NCBI GenBank assembly: GCA_977016875.1 | Contig: CDRNST010000045.1 | Span: 124,001 to 188,000 of the forward strand | Direction of reading: 5' to 3' | DNA length: 64,000 bases | From: Pavona decussata | Taxonomy: Eukaryota | In this document: piece by piece, positions 36,975-50,491 of the stretch | How positions within the stretch are numbered: position 1 is the stretch's first letter | Layout: each line of letters starts with the position of its first letter | Position numbers and translations under genes: made by a program | The notes under the pieces: generated by a model | Told to the model about the DNA's origin: nothing | Database searches by the model: none | What the model saw: the letters and a program-made list of their open reading frames with translations, nothing else

Positions 36975-38195
36975 TTGCTATGGGATAAGAAAAACACTTG
37001 CTATGATATACAAAATCAATGGGGCCAACAAGCCCCAACACGCATTCATCACATTCGATGTATGTGACTTCTACCCATCCATTTCGGAGCAGCTTCTAAC
37101 AAAAGCACTAGACAACGCATCCCAATTCACGCACATCTCTCCTCAAGACCACGACATCATCACACGCGAAAAAACCACTGTTGTATTACGCTCCATAGGG
37201 AAAAAAAACACCAAGAACTTATTGGACGTGACGATGGGCTCATATATGACGGAGCCAAAACATGCAAACTTATCGGCACCTACATGTTTTCCCTCATCAC
37301 ACCGAAATTCAAAGGGGCAAAGTTGGCCTCTACGGTGACAATGGTCTTGCGGTATGCAGAGCAAAACCTAAACGCATCAAGAAAACAAAACAAGAAGCCA
37401 GTAAAATTTTTAAGTCAAATGGCCTCAAAATCACCATCAAAGCAAACAAGAAGCCATAAACTTCCCAGATATAACCCTTGACCTTACAAGTGGATCTCTC
37501 AAACCCTTAATGAATCTGAACAAGAAACTCCTCTACGTCCATCTACAAAGCAACCATCCACCCACGCTACTGAAGAACATCTCACACAACATCAACAAAC
37601 GGCTAACCAGCATCTCATCGAACCAGAAAGTTTTCCACAATGCCATTCCGCCATACCAAAAAGCGCTTGGCAAGAGCGGCTACAACTACAAGCTTAAGTA
37701 TAACCCACAGTCAAAGCGCAACAGAAATCCGCAAAGAAAAACAACATTGTACAACCCTCCATGAAACACTAACATGAAGACTAACCTGGGAAGTTAGTTC
37801 CTAAACATCATTCACAGATGCTTCCCAAACTGACACCCCCTACACAAGATCTTCAACAAACACATGCTGAACCTCAGCTACTTCCACATACCTAACATGA
37901 AGATTCTCATCTTGTCACACAACAAAGCACTACTGTCAGACTATTACCAGTCACAAACGCAAATGAGTGACAAAGAATGCAACTGCAGAAAAAAGGATCA
38001 ATGTCCGCTGAACAGGAAATGCCTCACAAACAATATAGTTTACCAAGCCACAGTCACAACACAAACATCATCAGACTCATACGTGGGCCTTGCCTCAAAT
38101 TTCAAAGAGCGCTATAAAAATCACACAGCATCCTTTTGACATGAAAACAAGAGAAATGAAACTGAACTGTCTAAACACATTTGGGCACTCAAAGA
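36975..38195 (+). mobile_element. Penelope-like element, RT and GIY-YIG endonuclease, degraded
   Basis: FITFDVCDFYPSISE, DVTMGSY, GLYGDNGL (YxDD position), SNHPP and CNCRKKDQCPLNRKCLTNNIVYQATV...SYVGLASNFKERYKNH. Confidence 0.92.
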
Positions 38196-38959
38196 CTATC
38201 CTACTTTTTGTTATCAGTTATTATCCAAGCCAAGTACGTAATTTCAAAGTCAAGGCTTTCATAAAATCGTGATTTTCACACGTATGTAATAGTTCTAGAA
38301 TTTTGCCACTAGGGAAGTTGTCTTTATTGTGGGCGCCACGTTTCTCACTACGCCCTAGTTTTCTCAGATAAACAACTCACATCCGATTGTCAGATGCGGG
38401 TGATGGCTCTAATCCAGATAACGGATAACTATTGCATGGTTTCCAAGACGTCACCTCATTTTTTGAATTCCTTCACAATTCGTTGCTGGTTTGCTTGATT
38501 TGAATAAGGTTTGCCGCCAAATTCAAACTAATGTAATTGTAAATATTCTAGAGGTTGCTTGCTACTCAAATCTCAAACAATTACAGGGTAACCCGGTGCA
38601 AGATGATGAGTGATTAGAACTCCACTCAGTAGATTCAAACTGCTTTAATGACAGATCAAGTCCATAGATCAAGTTCACAATAGGTAGGGCAGTAGCAGTA
38701 GCAGATACAAATAGGAGTAGCGGTCGTACAAGTAGGTTCGAAATGAAAAGCGCTGGTTAAGAATACGTTGTACTTAGATAAGGCATAAAATACAAAACTA
38801 ACAAGATCATAGCGTGAATCAAATAGACGTGACAACTGATACTTGAAACTAATAAAAATGAGGCGATAACAACTCTTGTCGTAACAAACAAAGATATCAA
38901 CGGCTATCTTGCAAAGTAGCTAAATATAGCATGACAGATAACAATTTGGTAATCATATG

Positions 38960-39392
38960 ACAATAATAATAAAATAATAATAATGATCGTTTATTCAACC
39001 TTTTTGCAGTATAAACTGAATAACAAGGCGGTTCATTAATTACGTACAAATATATCGGACACATAAATATAACTGTTAATGTTAATACATATCACATTTC
39101 GCTATTTCAAACAAGATTCTGGTATTTTATGGTGCAAAAATTTCCAAATCTGTTAGTTCTTGCAGAGGCAGCCACAAAAACAGATTCTCCTGTTCTAAGG
39201 GCATACGGTCTTGTGTTCACAACTCTTGGCACTAAACTTCGTAGCAGGTTGGAAGACGAGTAACTTCGCTTGAGAAATGTTATACACGCATCCTCCCTCC
39301 TCTGGCACAGCAAGATTAAGCCTGACTTCTTTAGCGCGTCCTCATAGCACAGAGAAGGAAAGATAATTTTTAGTGCCCTCTTTTGTATCACA
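38960..39392 (-). mobile_element. L2/Crack-group LINE 3' end with (ATT)n tail
   Basis: IQKRALKIIFPSLCYEDALKKSGL...RPYALR...RTNRFGNF, a 3' UTR with AATAAA, and an ATT-repeat tail. Confidence 0.85.
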
Positions 39393-39731
39393 CTAATAAA
39401 GCATTTGACAATAAGCCTCAGCAATAATAGACCTTGTGAAAGCGATTTTAACAAAACAAGATAACCTAAATGAAACCTTTCCTTGATAAAGAAAAGATTA
39501 AAAAATTCGTGACTTAGCAAATAACTACAACAATAAAAACTTACGTACTTTCACTAACGACTTGCACCAAAAGGTAGCAGAGAGAGCGAAATACACTTGA
39601 AATAGTGGTAACTTGGATCCTCTAATCGAAGCACGGTAGCGGTGTAACTTCACTAACAATCTCTGAATAAATGATTGCACGTCGTCCTTTATTGCTAATG
39701 CTACGTGATCAAACAAAACTGTCACGGCTCT

Positions 39732-39917
39732 TCAAAGGATCAATTAACGTAATTAAGACACCATGAAAACAAAGAAGGCACGTAGCAGCACAAAAAGTAT
39801 TGTGTCTAAGAAGATTGATCAAATGCTTGATCAAAGGATCAATTAACGTAATTCAGACACCATGAAAACAAAGAAGGCACGTAGCAGCACAAAAAGTATT
39901 GTGTCTAAAAAGATTGA
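39732..39917. repeat. 87-bp near-tandem duplication (period 99)
   Basis: TCAAAGGATCAATTAACGTAATT...GTGTCTAA.AAGATTGA at 39732 and 39831. Confidence 0.9.
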
Positions 39918-41735
39918 GGAAATTTCCGGTCTTATGACCGAGGAAAGCAATTTATATGAAGTACTAAAAAAGTCAGCTGAATAAGCGCAAGCATATAAGA
40001 AATTATACGAGGCACACGAGGCCTTTCATAGTAAATTCGAAGATCCAGCAACGATGGGAGAATCTGGAAATTATTACTATTCACTTCTCAATAAAGTAGA
40101 ACAGCTACAAGAAAATGTAGACTTTTGGATAGCTGGGGTGGAAGCTTCACAAAATCCCGAACACAGCATTTCAAACGCTAGTTTAAGGACCATCACATCA
40201 CGCTCACCACACTCGTCGAGCTCGTCACACACAGCAGGGCAAGAGCCGCAGCAAAAAGGGCTATTTTAAAAGCTGAAGTCGCAACGCTTAAGAGGTTACA
40301 CGAGATTGAAGGAAGAAGAAGAAATGAAATTACGCCAACGCAAAACTCAATTAAAACTTGAAACTGAAATAGCAAAGGCCCAGGCAGAAGAACTGGTTTA
40401 CGAGCACCTTGAGAGTAAAGCCACCACAAGGTTACTTCCGAAAAACAAGCAAATTAAGAAAAGCATTCCATTCTTGCAACCCCTGACAGCACAGGATGAA
40501 GACCAGTTTATCAAAGACGAGGCAGCTGCTGTAGAAGCCAAATCAAAGGTACATGTACCCATAGAAATCGGTCATGACTATTTAGAAGTCAGCCAGCCTA
40601 GAAGGCTACTTTCTCCCATGGAGGATTCCCGCCGAACGAGTCAACGCCTTCCTTTAAACTCAGAAGCCCTTAAATGGCAGAATGATACTCCGCACTATTC
40701 GCCTTTCAATGCAGTCGCCTAAGAGCCTGCCTCAGACTATCCACGTCCCCCCTGTAAGTGGTGATATACAGCTTCTCCTAAGACAACCAGAGGCTATTAT
40801 GGCATTGACACTACCTCAACCCAAAGTTCCTGTCTTCTTGAGCGACCCAGTGGAGTACTGTGACTTTATCCGAGCCTTCAAGAACCTCATTGAGACAAAT
40901 ACCAGCAGTCTAAGGGCAAAGCTTTATTATCTTCTACAGTACACGAGTGGACAGGTACAAGACATGGTGGGAAGCTGCCTAGCCATGCAGGAGGATAGAG
41001 GCAAGAAAGCTACTGGCAGTGAGGTATGGTCAGTCATACAAAATTGCTACAGCGTACGTCGACCGCGTTATCAATCAGCGTACGTCGACCGCCTTATCAA
41101 TGGCCAGCCAATCCGCGCGGAAGATGGTCTCGCACTGCAGAAGTTCTCCATACTGCTCACCAGCTGTAGAAACACGTTAAAGGAGATCAGCTACCTAAAC
41201 CGTCTATAAAATTTAGAAGGTCTGGTAAAAATCGTAGACCGCCTACCCTATCCACTGAGGCTAAAATGGCGCGAGCTTGTCGACACTATCACACAGAAAG
41301 AAGCAAGAGACCCCAACTTGAAGGACATCACAGACTTCGTTGAAGCAAGATCGAGAGTGACCAACCATCCTATTTTCGGTAAGCTTCAAGGTAAACCGAG
41401 CCGATCCAGCAATCTCAAGTACAACGACAGGTCAAAAAAGGATGCAAGGTCATTCGCAGTGGAGGGTCAGCTGAAGCCACCCTATCCGCCATCTAGCACT
41501 CCAGAGAAGAAAGTATTCAAGTGTCCATCATGCAACAAAAATCACTGGCTTTCGCAATGCAGCGACTTTAAAGAATTACGTTTAAGGGACCGACTCAAAT
41601 TTGTTCATGCTAAGAAACTGTGTTTAAATTGTTTAGTATCGGGACACTTTGTACAAGATTGTCCAAAGCGAAGCTTCTGTCGTGTAGAACGCTGTACGAA
41701 AAAGCATTCTACCTTTTTACATGAGAAGGAACGAT
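39830..41735 (+). mobile_element. BEL/Pao LTR retrotransposon gag remnant
   Basis: LPQPKVPVFLSDPVEYCDFIRAFKNLIE...KLYYLLQYTSG and three zinc-knuckle motifs (CPSCNKNHWLSQC, CLNCLVSGHFVQDC, CRVERCTKKHSTFLH); truncated before the protease. Confidence 0.9.
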
Positions 41736-42625
41736 CCGCTACTGCTACTTTGCTGCCTACTGTGAACTTGATCTATGGCCTTGATCTGTCATTAAATCAG
41801 TTTGAATCTACCAAGTGGAGTTCGAATCACTTATCATCTCGCACCTCGCTACCCTGTAATAGTTTCAGATTTGAGTAGCAAGCAACCTCTAGAATCTTTA
41901 CAATTGCAAGCGATAGCCTTTCTTTTCATTGGAGGAAGTTCCAATTTCGTTTAGCAATTTCTGCAATAAATGTGGTGCGGGGGTTGAATGTAGTGTTTAG
42001 AGGAATTCGGTCTAATGGTTCACGTACTTTGGTCTTTAAACATTCATCTTGAGTCAATGTAAGCACTTGCTACATTGTTCTGCGTAACTACACGCTACAA
42101 AAAAATCCGATATTCCAGGATTCGATTCTTCAATGTAGTTGTTGAAGAGCATATTCCCCTCAATGTCAACGCTTGAATGTATGAGACGCTCCATTTCAGA
42201 TGACGTGGATGTGCCGATGTCCAATGGAGGTATGGATTTGTATCGGTTGGTTTCTGATAAACATCTGTATTGGTGTTGCCTTGATTGTCCTTTAGGAGAG
42301 ATTTCAAGTGTAAACTTGATTGAGGGTACTACATTGTTAAGGTAATTTATGAATTAATCAAAGAGTCTTGATCACTTTTCCGAATAAGAAAGATATCATC
42401 TATAAAATGTACCCAGATTATGATATGGTTTGCCCACTCTGTTTGGTACACGAATCTTTCTTTAAGTCTTCCCATGTATACGTTTGCAAAGTTGGGTACA
42501 ACTCCGGTCCCCATAGCTGTTCCTTTGATTTGAATGTAATGTTCATTACCAAAGGTGAAATTGTTGAGTTTGAAAACTTTCTCCAGGAGACATGCTAATG
42601 TTTTTGATGATGGCTTATATTTTGG
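41735..42625 (-). mobile_element. Penelope-like RT fragment, antisense
   Basis: LNNFTFGNEHYIQIKGTAMGTGVVPNFANVYM...FIDDIFLI and TDVYQKPTDTNPYLHWTSAHP. Confidence 0.9.
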
Positions 42626-42879
42626 TTTGTTTTGCCTAGCTCTTCCTCCACAATAGTGAGCTCTTCGTCTATGTCTATATTCATGTATAGGCTTGGTATG
42701 TCCAGCGCTGCTTAATAACACTTTTCAGGGAGCTTACCCAAAGCTTGTATTCATTTAATGAAATGTGTGGTGTTTTGTATGTACAACGGTGGCTTTTCCG
42801 CTATAGGTCTCAAACACTCGCCCCCAACTTCTCCGTTTGGCTGTTTAAAGAGGATACTAATGGTCTACCTGGATTGTTG

Positions 42880-44350
42880 ACTTGGTCTACCCGCCCTGAA
42901 GTTGAACTTTTCTTGAACAAGAACTAGAGCCAGGAAACTTAAGGAAACAAAGAGACAATCTAATTAAGGAAGAAAGGTTAGCCTTACCTAAATTAAGGCA
43001 TAGAAGTGATAATACTATTAGGATTCAAGATAAAAGTTCAGGGTTTGTTATCCTTAACCAACAAGATTATCACAGCAAGATGTTAGGACAACTTAACAAT
43101 AGTTTGCATTATGATAAAGTAGATTTGGATCCTACATTTGATCATTTTGAACAAGTTAAGAACTGGGGTCGTAGCTGGCTCTCTGAAGGGCAGATCAACC
43201 AGGAGACTGCAACTTGGATTACAAATTTAGAGCCAAGACCGGGGGTAGCTTTTGGAAATGTTAAGACACACCGAAGAGACAATCCACTCTGTATCATTAC
43301 ATCTTGCTGTGGTACAGCTATTGAACGACTCTCTCCTTTTACAGAATTCCACCTTAAGCCACTTTCCCAAAGCCTTCCATCATTTATTAACGATTCTACC
43401 GATGTAATCAACAAGATACAGGCCTTGAATGCAAAAAGGCCCATTCCCAGTAGGTTCTCTGCTCGTTTCCTGGGATGTGGTTTCAATGTTCCCTAACATT
43501 GACTACAACTTGGGTATTACCGCCGTTACAAAGGCCCTTGGTTCTAGATCTTCTAAATTTCCTTCCACTGATTACATTGCTGAGGCTGGTGAAATTTGCC
43601 TCCCTGTTAACAGTTGCCATTTTTTCGAACAATTTTTGCACAAAAACATGGTACAGCTATGGGACCAAAAAATTCCTGTAGTTATCCAGACTTAGCAATG
43701 GGCATAATCGATAAAAAAGCCAAATTTGAAGGGAGCTTAAAACAGTTACTCTGGTGGAGGTATAGAGACGATATGTTCGACCTCTGGACTCAAGGCCTGC
43801 CTAAATTCCTTGAATTCACTGACTAAATTAATTCTTTGTACCCCCTATCAAATGTGAATTAGTTTATTCAGATACTTTTTTGCATGTTTTGGATCTTAAA
43901 TTACACCATAAGGATGGGTTAATTGTTACTGCCATTTATTCTAAACCAACTGGCAGTCACCTTTATTTGCTATTTTCTATTTCACACCCATCGCAAAAGG
44001 GCAATTCCTTATGGGGTAGCCTTGAGAATTAAGCGCAATTGTTCCACTGATGTTATTTTTGCAAACTAGTTGTCAAAAAAAAGGTATCTTAAGTCGCAGA
44101 TTTACCCAACCAATTTAGTTCGAAAACAGTTTGATAAGGCTCTTGAAATTCCAAGATCGGACCTTTAAAGCAAAAATATGTAAACTAACAAAAAAGTTTT
44201 TCCTTTGGTACTCGATTATAAGCCCATTTTGCCAGACATTCAAAGCATCAATGAAAAGCACGCTAATTTATTAAAATCTTCACCTCAAATCGCCAAAATT
44301 TTTTCAGCCAAATCTGTTTTCCCTGCTTACCGCCAAACCAAAACTCTTAC
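42880..44350 (+). mobile_element. Penelope-like RT fragment
   Basis: DNLIKEERLAL..IRIQDKSSGFVIL, FGNVKTHR, LVSWDVVSMFPNID, QKHGTAMGPKNSCSY, WWRYRDDMF and IPYGVALRIKRNCS. Confidence 0.9.
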
Positions 44351-44354
44351 AGAA

Positions 44355-44458
44355 ACTTACTTCTTTTTTTCTCCCTTCCTTTATTTCTTCGATTATTTTT
44401 ACTCAATTCCTTGCTACTTGTTCAATTTGTTTATTTATTTATTTATCTATTTATTTCT

Positions 44459-44489
<31 letters not shown>

Positions 44490-44690
44490 TATCTATTTAT
44501 TTTCTTTTTTACTTACATACATATTAATATATTTTCTATGTCTTTCTTCCTTATCTTCCTTAAACTTACTGTATTTTATATATTCCTTTATTTTTTATAT
44601 CTCCGTTCTTTACTACTACACTCACTGACTTGTTCACATCATCTACTATTCTGGTTTGTTCGCGTCTTCCTTTGTTTCTCTTTCTGAGAA
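44355..44690. repeat. T-rich low-complexity tract with (TTTA)n core
   Basis: Direct reading. Confidence 0.85.
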
Positions 44691-45499
44691 TCCCAACTGT
44701 CCCTTCAAAACACTACTTTGCCTCTCCTTTTTAAAAAAAAAAACGTTTATTGTTTATCCGTTTCATTAAATGACAAACAAAATGGTGAAATTTTTAAGAA
44801 TTTTCAATCATGCAAGGTAAAACGAGAGACTAGGAAAGAAAACAAAACAAAACTCTGTTGGATAACGATTCATCCATAGATTGTCTTTAAACAAAACTGT
44901 ATGGATAAACAAAAGGAGAACTAAACAAAGCACTTCCACTGCCGTACCATATCCAGATCTTCCCCTGAGCTGACACCCTATAGACTAATAACAAAATATG
45001 CAAAAAGGTCGTCCTGAAGGATTCTGTAAATACAGAGGTACCATTGCATTGTGGACCAAGCATCTATAAGGATTGGAGTGACAAGGTGATGAGAAAAAAA
45101 GAGAAAGAGAGAGAGCAAAGAAAAACCAACCTCAAGGAAACAAAACAGGAAAAGAGCTGGAGAAAAAAGAAAACTCCGATAACACAGCACGAACAGCTAG
45201 GGAAACAGCCACGAAATTGAATTTTGAACCAACAAGCATATGTGAGGATTAAATGGGCGAAGGGACGAATGGCAGCCATGATGATAAGGTATCTTACTAA
45301 TTCGTTGCCATTTTAGTGGAACATCACTGTCAAGCTTGCGTTTACCTCTATGAAGAAAAAAAATACCTAAAACACGAAAAAAAAAACGTATTAAAAATAT
45401 TTCAAGTTCTCTCTGTTTAAATTTTTTTTTATTTTAAAAAATTGTTATTTCAGTTGTTTTATATGTTGTAAATAAGAAAAAAACATTTTCCCTGTCTAG

Positions 45500-46040
45500 A
45501 TAATCTTTATTTATTAGACATTTCATATTCTTTCTCAGTTTTAACATTCTCTTTTTGTTGTAAATATTAAAAACCTTAACGTTGTTAATTATTGTAAACA
45601 TCTTGAACATTTTCAGTTCAGATGTTTTCAACAACATTGTAAATATTTTCAATAAATTAAAATTGGCGAAGAACATTGTCACTCCCTCCTCTTGTGCAGT
45701 GAGGGGGTGAGAGCGAGCGATTCAAACCTGCTTATCAGGTACACAATGATTCTGGCCAAAATGAACCAAACAACATTTTATGATATTTAGTTCATTTCAC
45801 AAACTAATTACTGCTATTTCTTTGTTGTTTTTATTCAGCTCACAATGGAGGTCATGCCACTGGTGTCTTCATTTGTCATTTTTCTCTTGCGTTTTTTATC
45901 TTTAAAAAAGAGAGGAAAGTGGCACTATTAAAGGAGCAGCTGGCTGACGCCTTGACAAAGGGGTGCACGCTGTCTCAGCAATTGGACAGCCTGATACAGC
46001 AGAGGGGTTAGCATATCGGCAGCGAGACCTTCCCATCCAG
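45500..46040 (+). repeat. Dispersed repeat A, copy 2
   Basis: Diverged direct copy of 36190-36690. Confidence 0.85.
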
Positions 46041-49000
46041 GCATTACATGCGTTTTCTTAAATATATATTTGTCCTTATAAAAATGGTTTATCGAATCCG
46101 CCCTAACGACATTGTTCGTGTTATTACTTTTTGAACAGAGCGTCTATCAAACGCGGTTTATTCAGTGAGCATGTTTGTGCCTTGGATTTATCGACACGAA
46201 AATAATGACGCGCTTGCGCTGACTTTCACACAAGCGCGCGTAACTTTGTGTTAAAAATTTAACTTTATATAAAAGGTCTCCTGATAGCGCTAGCATCAAA
46301 AAACAAGATTTGTTTGTATAGGTGATACTTGTATCGCCAAACTGGTGGTGCTCTATCTGCGAATCTGTTGACAGAACTTTGCTATGGGTTATAAAACTGC
46401 CTAAATGCAGCTTGTATTAGCCAATGAAAATTGTTGCACAGCCCAAAGGCGAAAGAAAATTCTTAAGCCAAAATTGCCCCCCCCCCCCCCGTCAAAAATA
46501 AAATGGTCCATCCCTTACCGTATACCTTTAAAGGTGTCTGTCTTGCATATGAGCGATGTAGCACCTCCAGTTTAAGCCAGATAACTACGCCCCTATCCAA
46601 TTAAAACTTATAGAGCTGGCTCACTCTGAGTCAAACACGTGAGATTTTGTCTGGTCATGCCTAGGATTTCCGAAAACGTCCGAGCCCCTTCTGAAGATTT
46701 CCGCCAAATTTCTGAAGACCTTCGAACGTTGCCGAAAATGTCCGAAGGTATTACGATTCGAAAGGATTGTAGACGTTTGAAAGCTTTTGCGATTGTTTTA
46801 AAGAGCAAAAAAAAAATAATACGTAACAAATCTGAAATGAAATGAAGTTTTTTTAGAACAACTCGTCCGGATTTGTGAGTCAGGCATGAGAAATTGTCCT
46901 TGACGCATGAGATCGATGTCTTGAGCAGGCGTGAGAGTTGGGAGTTACATGTATTTCAGTAAATCAATCCGGACGTGACCAGAAAGCCCGTCAAAGTGCA
47001 TTGCCTGCTGAGATATGGTACCAAGAACTGCTGATTATGAGAAACCGAGATGTAGTATACAAAACATGCCCTAATGTGTTTTGGTTAATTTTCATTTGTT
47101 ACCTTGATTTTATATACAGATTAGCAAAGTGAAAACGTTCTTAATCGACCCTCAGCCTGACGAATGTTTTTTTTAATACGTTCTTACCTTAATTTTGGTT
47201 TGATTGCTCAAACAACTTTTGTAAGAGTTCAATTACATACGTCGAACGACCTAATCAAACGCATGTTGAACTAAATGTGCAGCATTGACATGAACCAGTG
47301 AATCAACCGCTGATTCTTTGCAGACATACTTGTGAGTCCAAGCAGATTTTACTAGTAAGCTCATCAGTCTAACTGAGTAAGAAATAACTAGTCTTTCTTC
47401 ATTCTTTATCCTTATTTGTCTCCCCATACGTTCCGAGATTTGGTTAAATTGACAATGACGTTTGTTGCTGGTCACTGCCTAGCTCCTGGTTGTAACACAT
47501 ACGTAAAATCATCTTATTGAAGGTATAAGATAATTCCATCAGGATATCTTTTTCCCCTTACTTCCAAAAAATTTATGTAATTTCCAATATTTTACGCGTA
47601 GCGCATTGGACGGACTATAACCTTCTGTAATGAGTAACCGAAGAAAAAAACTTTTTTTTTTCATGTTTTTGACCGGCTTATTAACACAATATCTTAGGAG
47701 ATCTGCAAAATTTAACTGAAGAAAAGATTTTGATTTGGCCGGAAATCACAAGTGGTCGAACACAAATAGGACTGTCTTCTGGCCGTGTCGATGAAATCCT
47801 TAAAGCAGTTGAGCAATGTTAACAAAATCATAGCACCAGCCAGTACTGTGCCTCTACTACCTTTTTTTTTCCTGTATGATCGAAAACATTCCCATGGCAT
47901 AGCAGAAATTTCCTGCCGCTTAATTCGCTTCGCATTTCCAAACAAAAACCACGCGAGAACAAAAAAAAAAGTAGTAATTAAAAAACTTCCATATGTGAGA
48001 TTTTCTCACTCCAAGCATTTTAGTTTATTTAAAACCTTTTCCGGCAGAAGGGCATCTCGCTGTGGTTGGTATAATAGGTGGCAACACTCGTATCAAGTTT
48101 GAAAGAAAACCAGACATCCAGTTGTGGGCATTCCTTTTTTGCTTGTAAGTGTGTCAATGGGAGGATCCGAGCCGCGGGAGAGCGTCATTGAGTAGTTAAA
48201 CAGTAAGTATTTCCTTATTGAAATTAAATGTAAGCGTGTCACAAGTGAAGACAAGCTTTCACCTCGCTTCCACTAGATGCGCAGTTAGGAATTATGTTCT
48301 CTTTCACTCTGATGATGCCCAAATTCGTAAATACAGGTTTCAGCACGTGTGCGTGCCTCACCAACTAGTCACTTAACAGAATGTTATTTCAATAGCGTTA
48401 AATTCCGCTCTATTGTTTCCTTTTTAACGAAGTGTTTGTCTTCATTTTCCTTTTTGCCAAATGATTTGGTCATTATTACTACACCTCGTGTAATGAAAAA
48501 GTTTAATTCCTTCGCGACATCAGTACGAACACACACGCAGCATGCTCCACTAGGTACTCCTGAACATGTTTGGATCCGTCATCACAAAAACAAGGGAACT
48601 CAAAGAACCAAACCTCGGTTAATTCATTGCATTTTTTTTTGTTGTTGTTGTTATATTTTAACCTTTGACTTTAACAGTAATGTGTGGTCCCAGAGAATAT
48701 CCATACCCCCACCATGGAGAGAATATTTGGAAAGTTCAGAGGGGTTGAGGTGGGGGTCAATGACCTAGAGAACTCCAGAGAGAAGAAAGAGTGAATGGTT
48801 AAATCACAGGTACCCCAAGCTCTACGAGAGATATAGGCCGTGACCTTTGCTTGAGCATCACAGCCCTCCCGCCCTCGAAATTTCTGTTGACCTTCCATAG
48901 GGGGTGGGGTAAAGATATTTTATGGAATCACACAAACCACCTTTCGAGTACGTTAGATCGTCCAAAGTTCTCATTGGCAAAATTTTGGTTTTATGGTTTT

Positions 49001-49629
49001 GTCTTTTATACTTACTATGGTCAGAATTTTGGACGGCATGACTGCTGACCTTGGTCGATTGGCTGGAAGAGTCAGTTTTGACCATTTAACTTTTCACTAA
49101 GTGTTGGATGGACATGCCTTTACTGACCTTCAAACCAAATTGAAATATGATAATTTCATGAAATATTAGCTTAGATACAGAACAAATCAAGCCTTTCCAA
49201 TAATTCCGATAAATGAATTGTTCTTGCTTAACTTCTCCTTTTGTTTGTTTTAAGAAATAAAACCTTTCCACGTAGACCAGTTTAAATTGAATTTGAGATC
49301 CGCCCCAGCCATATTTTGAAGTATCATTCCTGTAACTTGGTAAGCTTTTCTGATTATGATTTCGTTTTTTTTAATAACATGGAAAAATAATTGATTTCTA
49401 AGTTAAGACCAAACGAAGCTGATGTTCTCATTTTTAATCGTGGCACAAACTGCAATCGAAACAAATACATTCAATTTTATGGAGGAGGCCAATTGTAGTG
49501 GAATAGATGAATTGCGACTAATCATAGTGGCAGCTTGTAACAAACGAACATAAATTACCCAAACTTTCTCACTTTTATCCCCCTCACACTCTATCTTAAA
49601 TTAACTCCAACAGTGTGAAGTGAAAGAAG

Positions 49630-49812
49630 TCACTGAAAGTAAAGAAGAAAAAAGCAAAAAAAAAAGAAAAGAAAAGAAGACATCAAGAAGACGAAAAAGA
49701 GGAAAAGAACGAGAAAAAAAAAGGAAAAGTAAAGAGAATAAGAAAAGAAAAAGAAAAACAGAGAAAACAAGAAAAAAGGAAGAAAAAAACAACAACAACA
49801 AGAAAAATAATT
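49630..49812. repeat. A/G-rich low-complexity tract
   Basis: GAAAA/AAAG-type runs. Confidence 0.85.
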
Positions 49813-50491
49813 AATTATTACACACCCCTGTAAATAAGTAAGTAAATTCGCAAGCATGACTGCCAGGTATGTTTTCATTCTTATAATCGTTTTTGCCATT
49901 GTTTCTGTTTTTATTTTAGTTTGTTGTTGGTGTAGGTGTAAAAAGCAAGAAGCCAGAGGAGGGGGAGTTCGGGAAGACCCGAACCAGTTTGTAGTGCCGG
50001 CAGGAGTGCCCGATTGAGTTTGCACGCCGGCACTACTAGTACATCACTACTACATAACTAGTATGTACAGTCTGGTTTGGGAAGCCGCTTGCCGCTATCT
50101 CCCCTCATGGTGGCAAGATGGCCCAACTGAAGAAATTGAGTTGGGCATTGTCTGGTTTTATGTTTCAGTGTTGTTTTTTCCATGCGTATTTGTTTGTGTT
50201 TCGTTTTTGTATTCAGTGTTAATGTTATGCTTCCCAATTTACTTTACTTTTTTGACTATTAAAATTAATCGAGATTTTGTAAATCTCAACTTATTCTTCG
50301 CGCATTTTGTAAATATGGTATCAGGCACTTTTTTACTGTGAAGTTATTTTTTTCCATTCATTCTATTCTTATTTGTTTGTTTTGTTTTTGTATTCAGTGT
50401 TAATGTTATGCTTGCCAATTTACTTTAGTTTTTTTACTATAAAAATTAATCAAGATTTTGTAAATATCAAATAATATTTATGCATTTTCTC

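Noticed and set aside
44205-44687. 160-aa F/Y/L/I-rich ORF
   Set aside because: A Penelope fragment reading into a (TTTA)n low-complexity tract.
49601-50025. K-rich and F-rich ORFs
   Set aside because: Products of an A/G low-complexity tract with no domain evidence.
48100-50030. Possible host-gene exons (donor CAGTAAGTA near 48203, exon-like segment 49935-50015)
   Set aside because: Splice-like signals alone, without a recognisable product, are insufficient.
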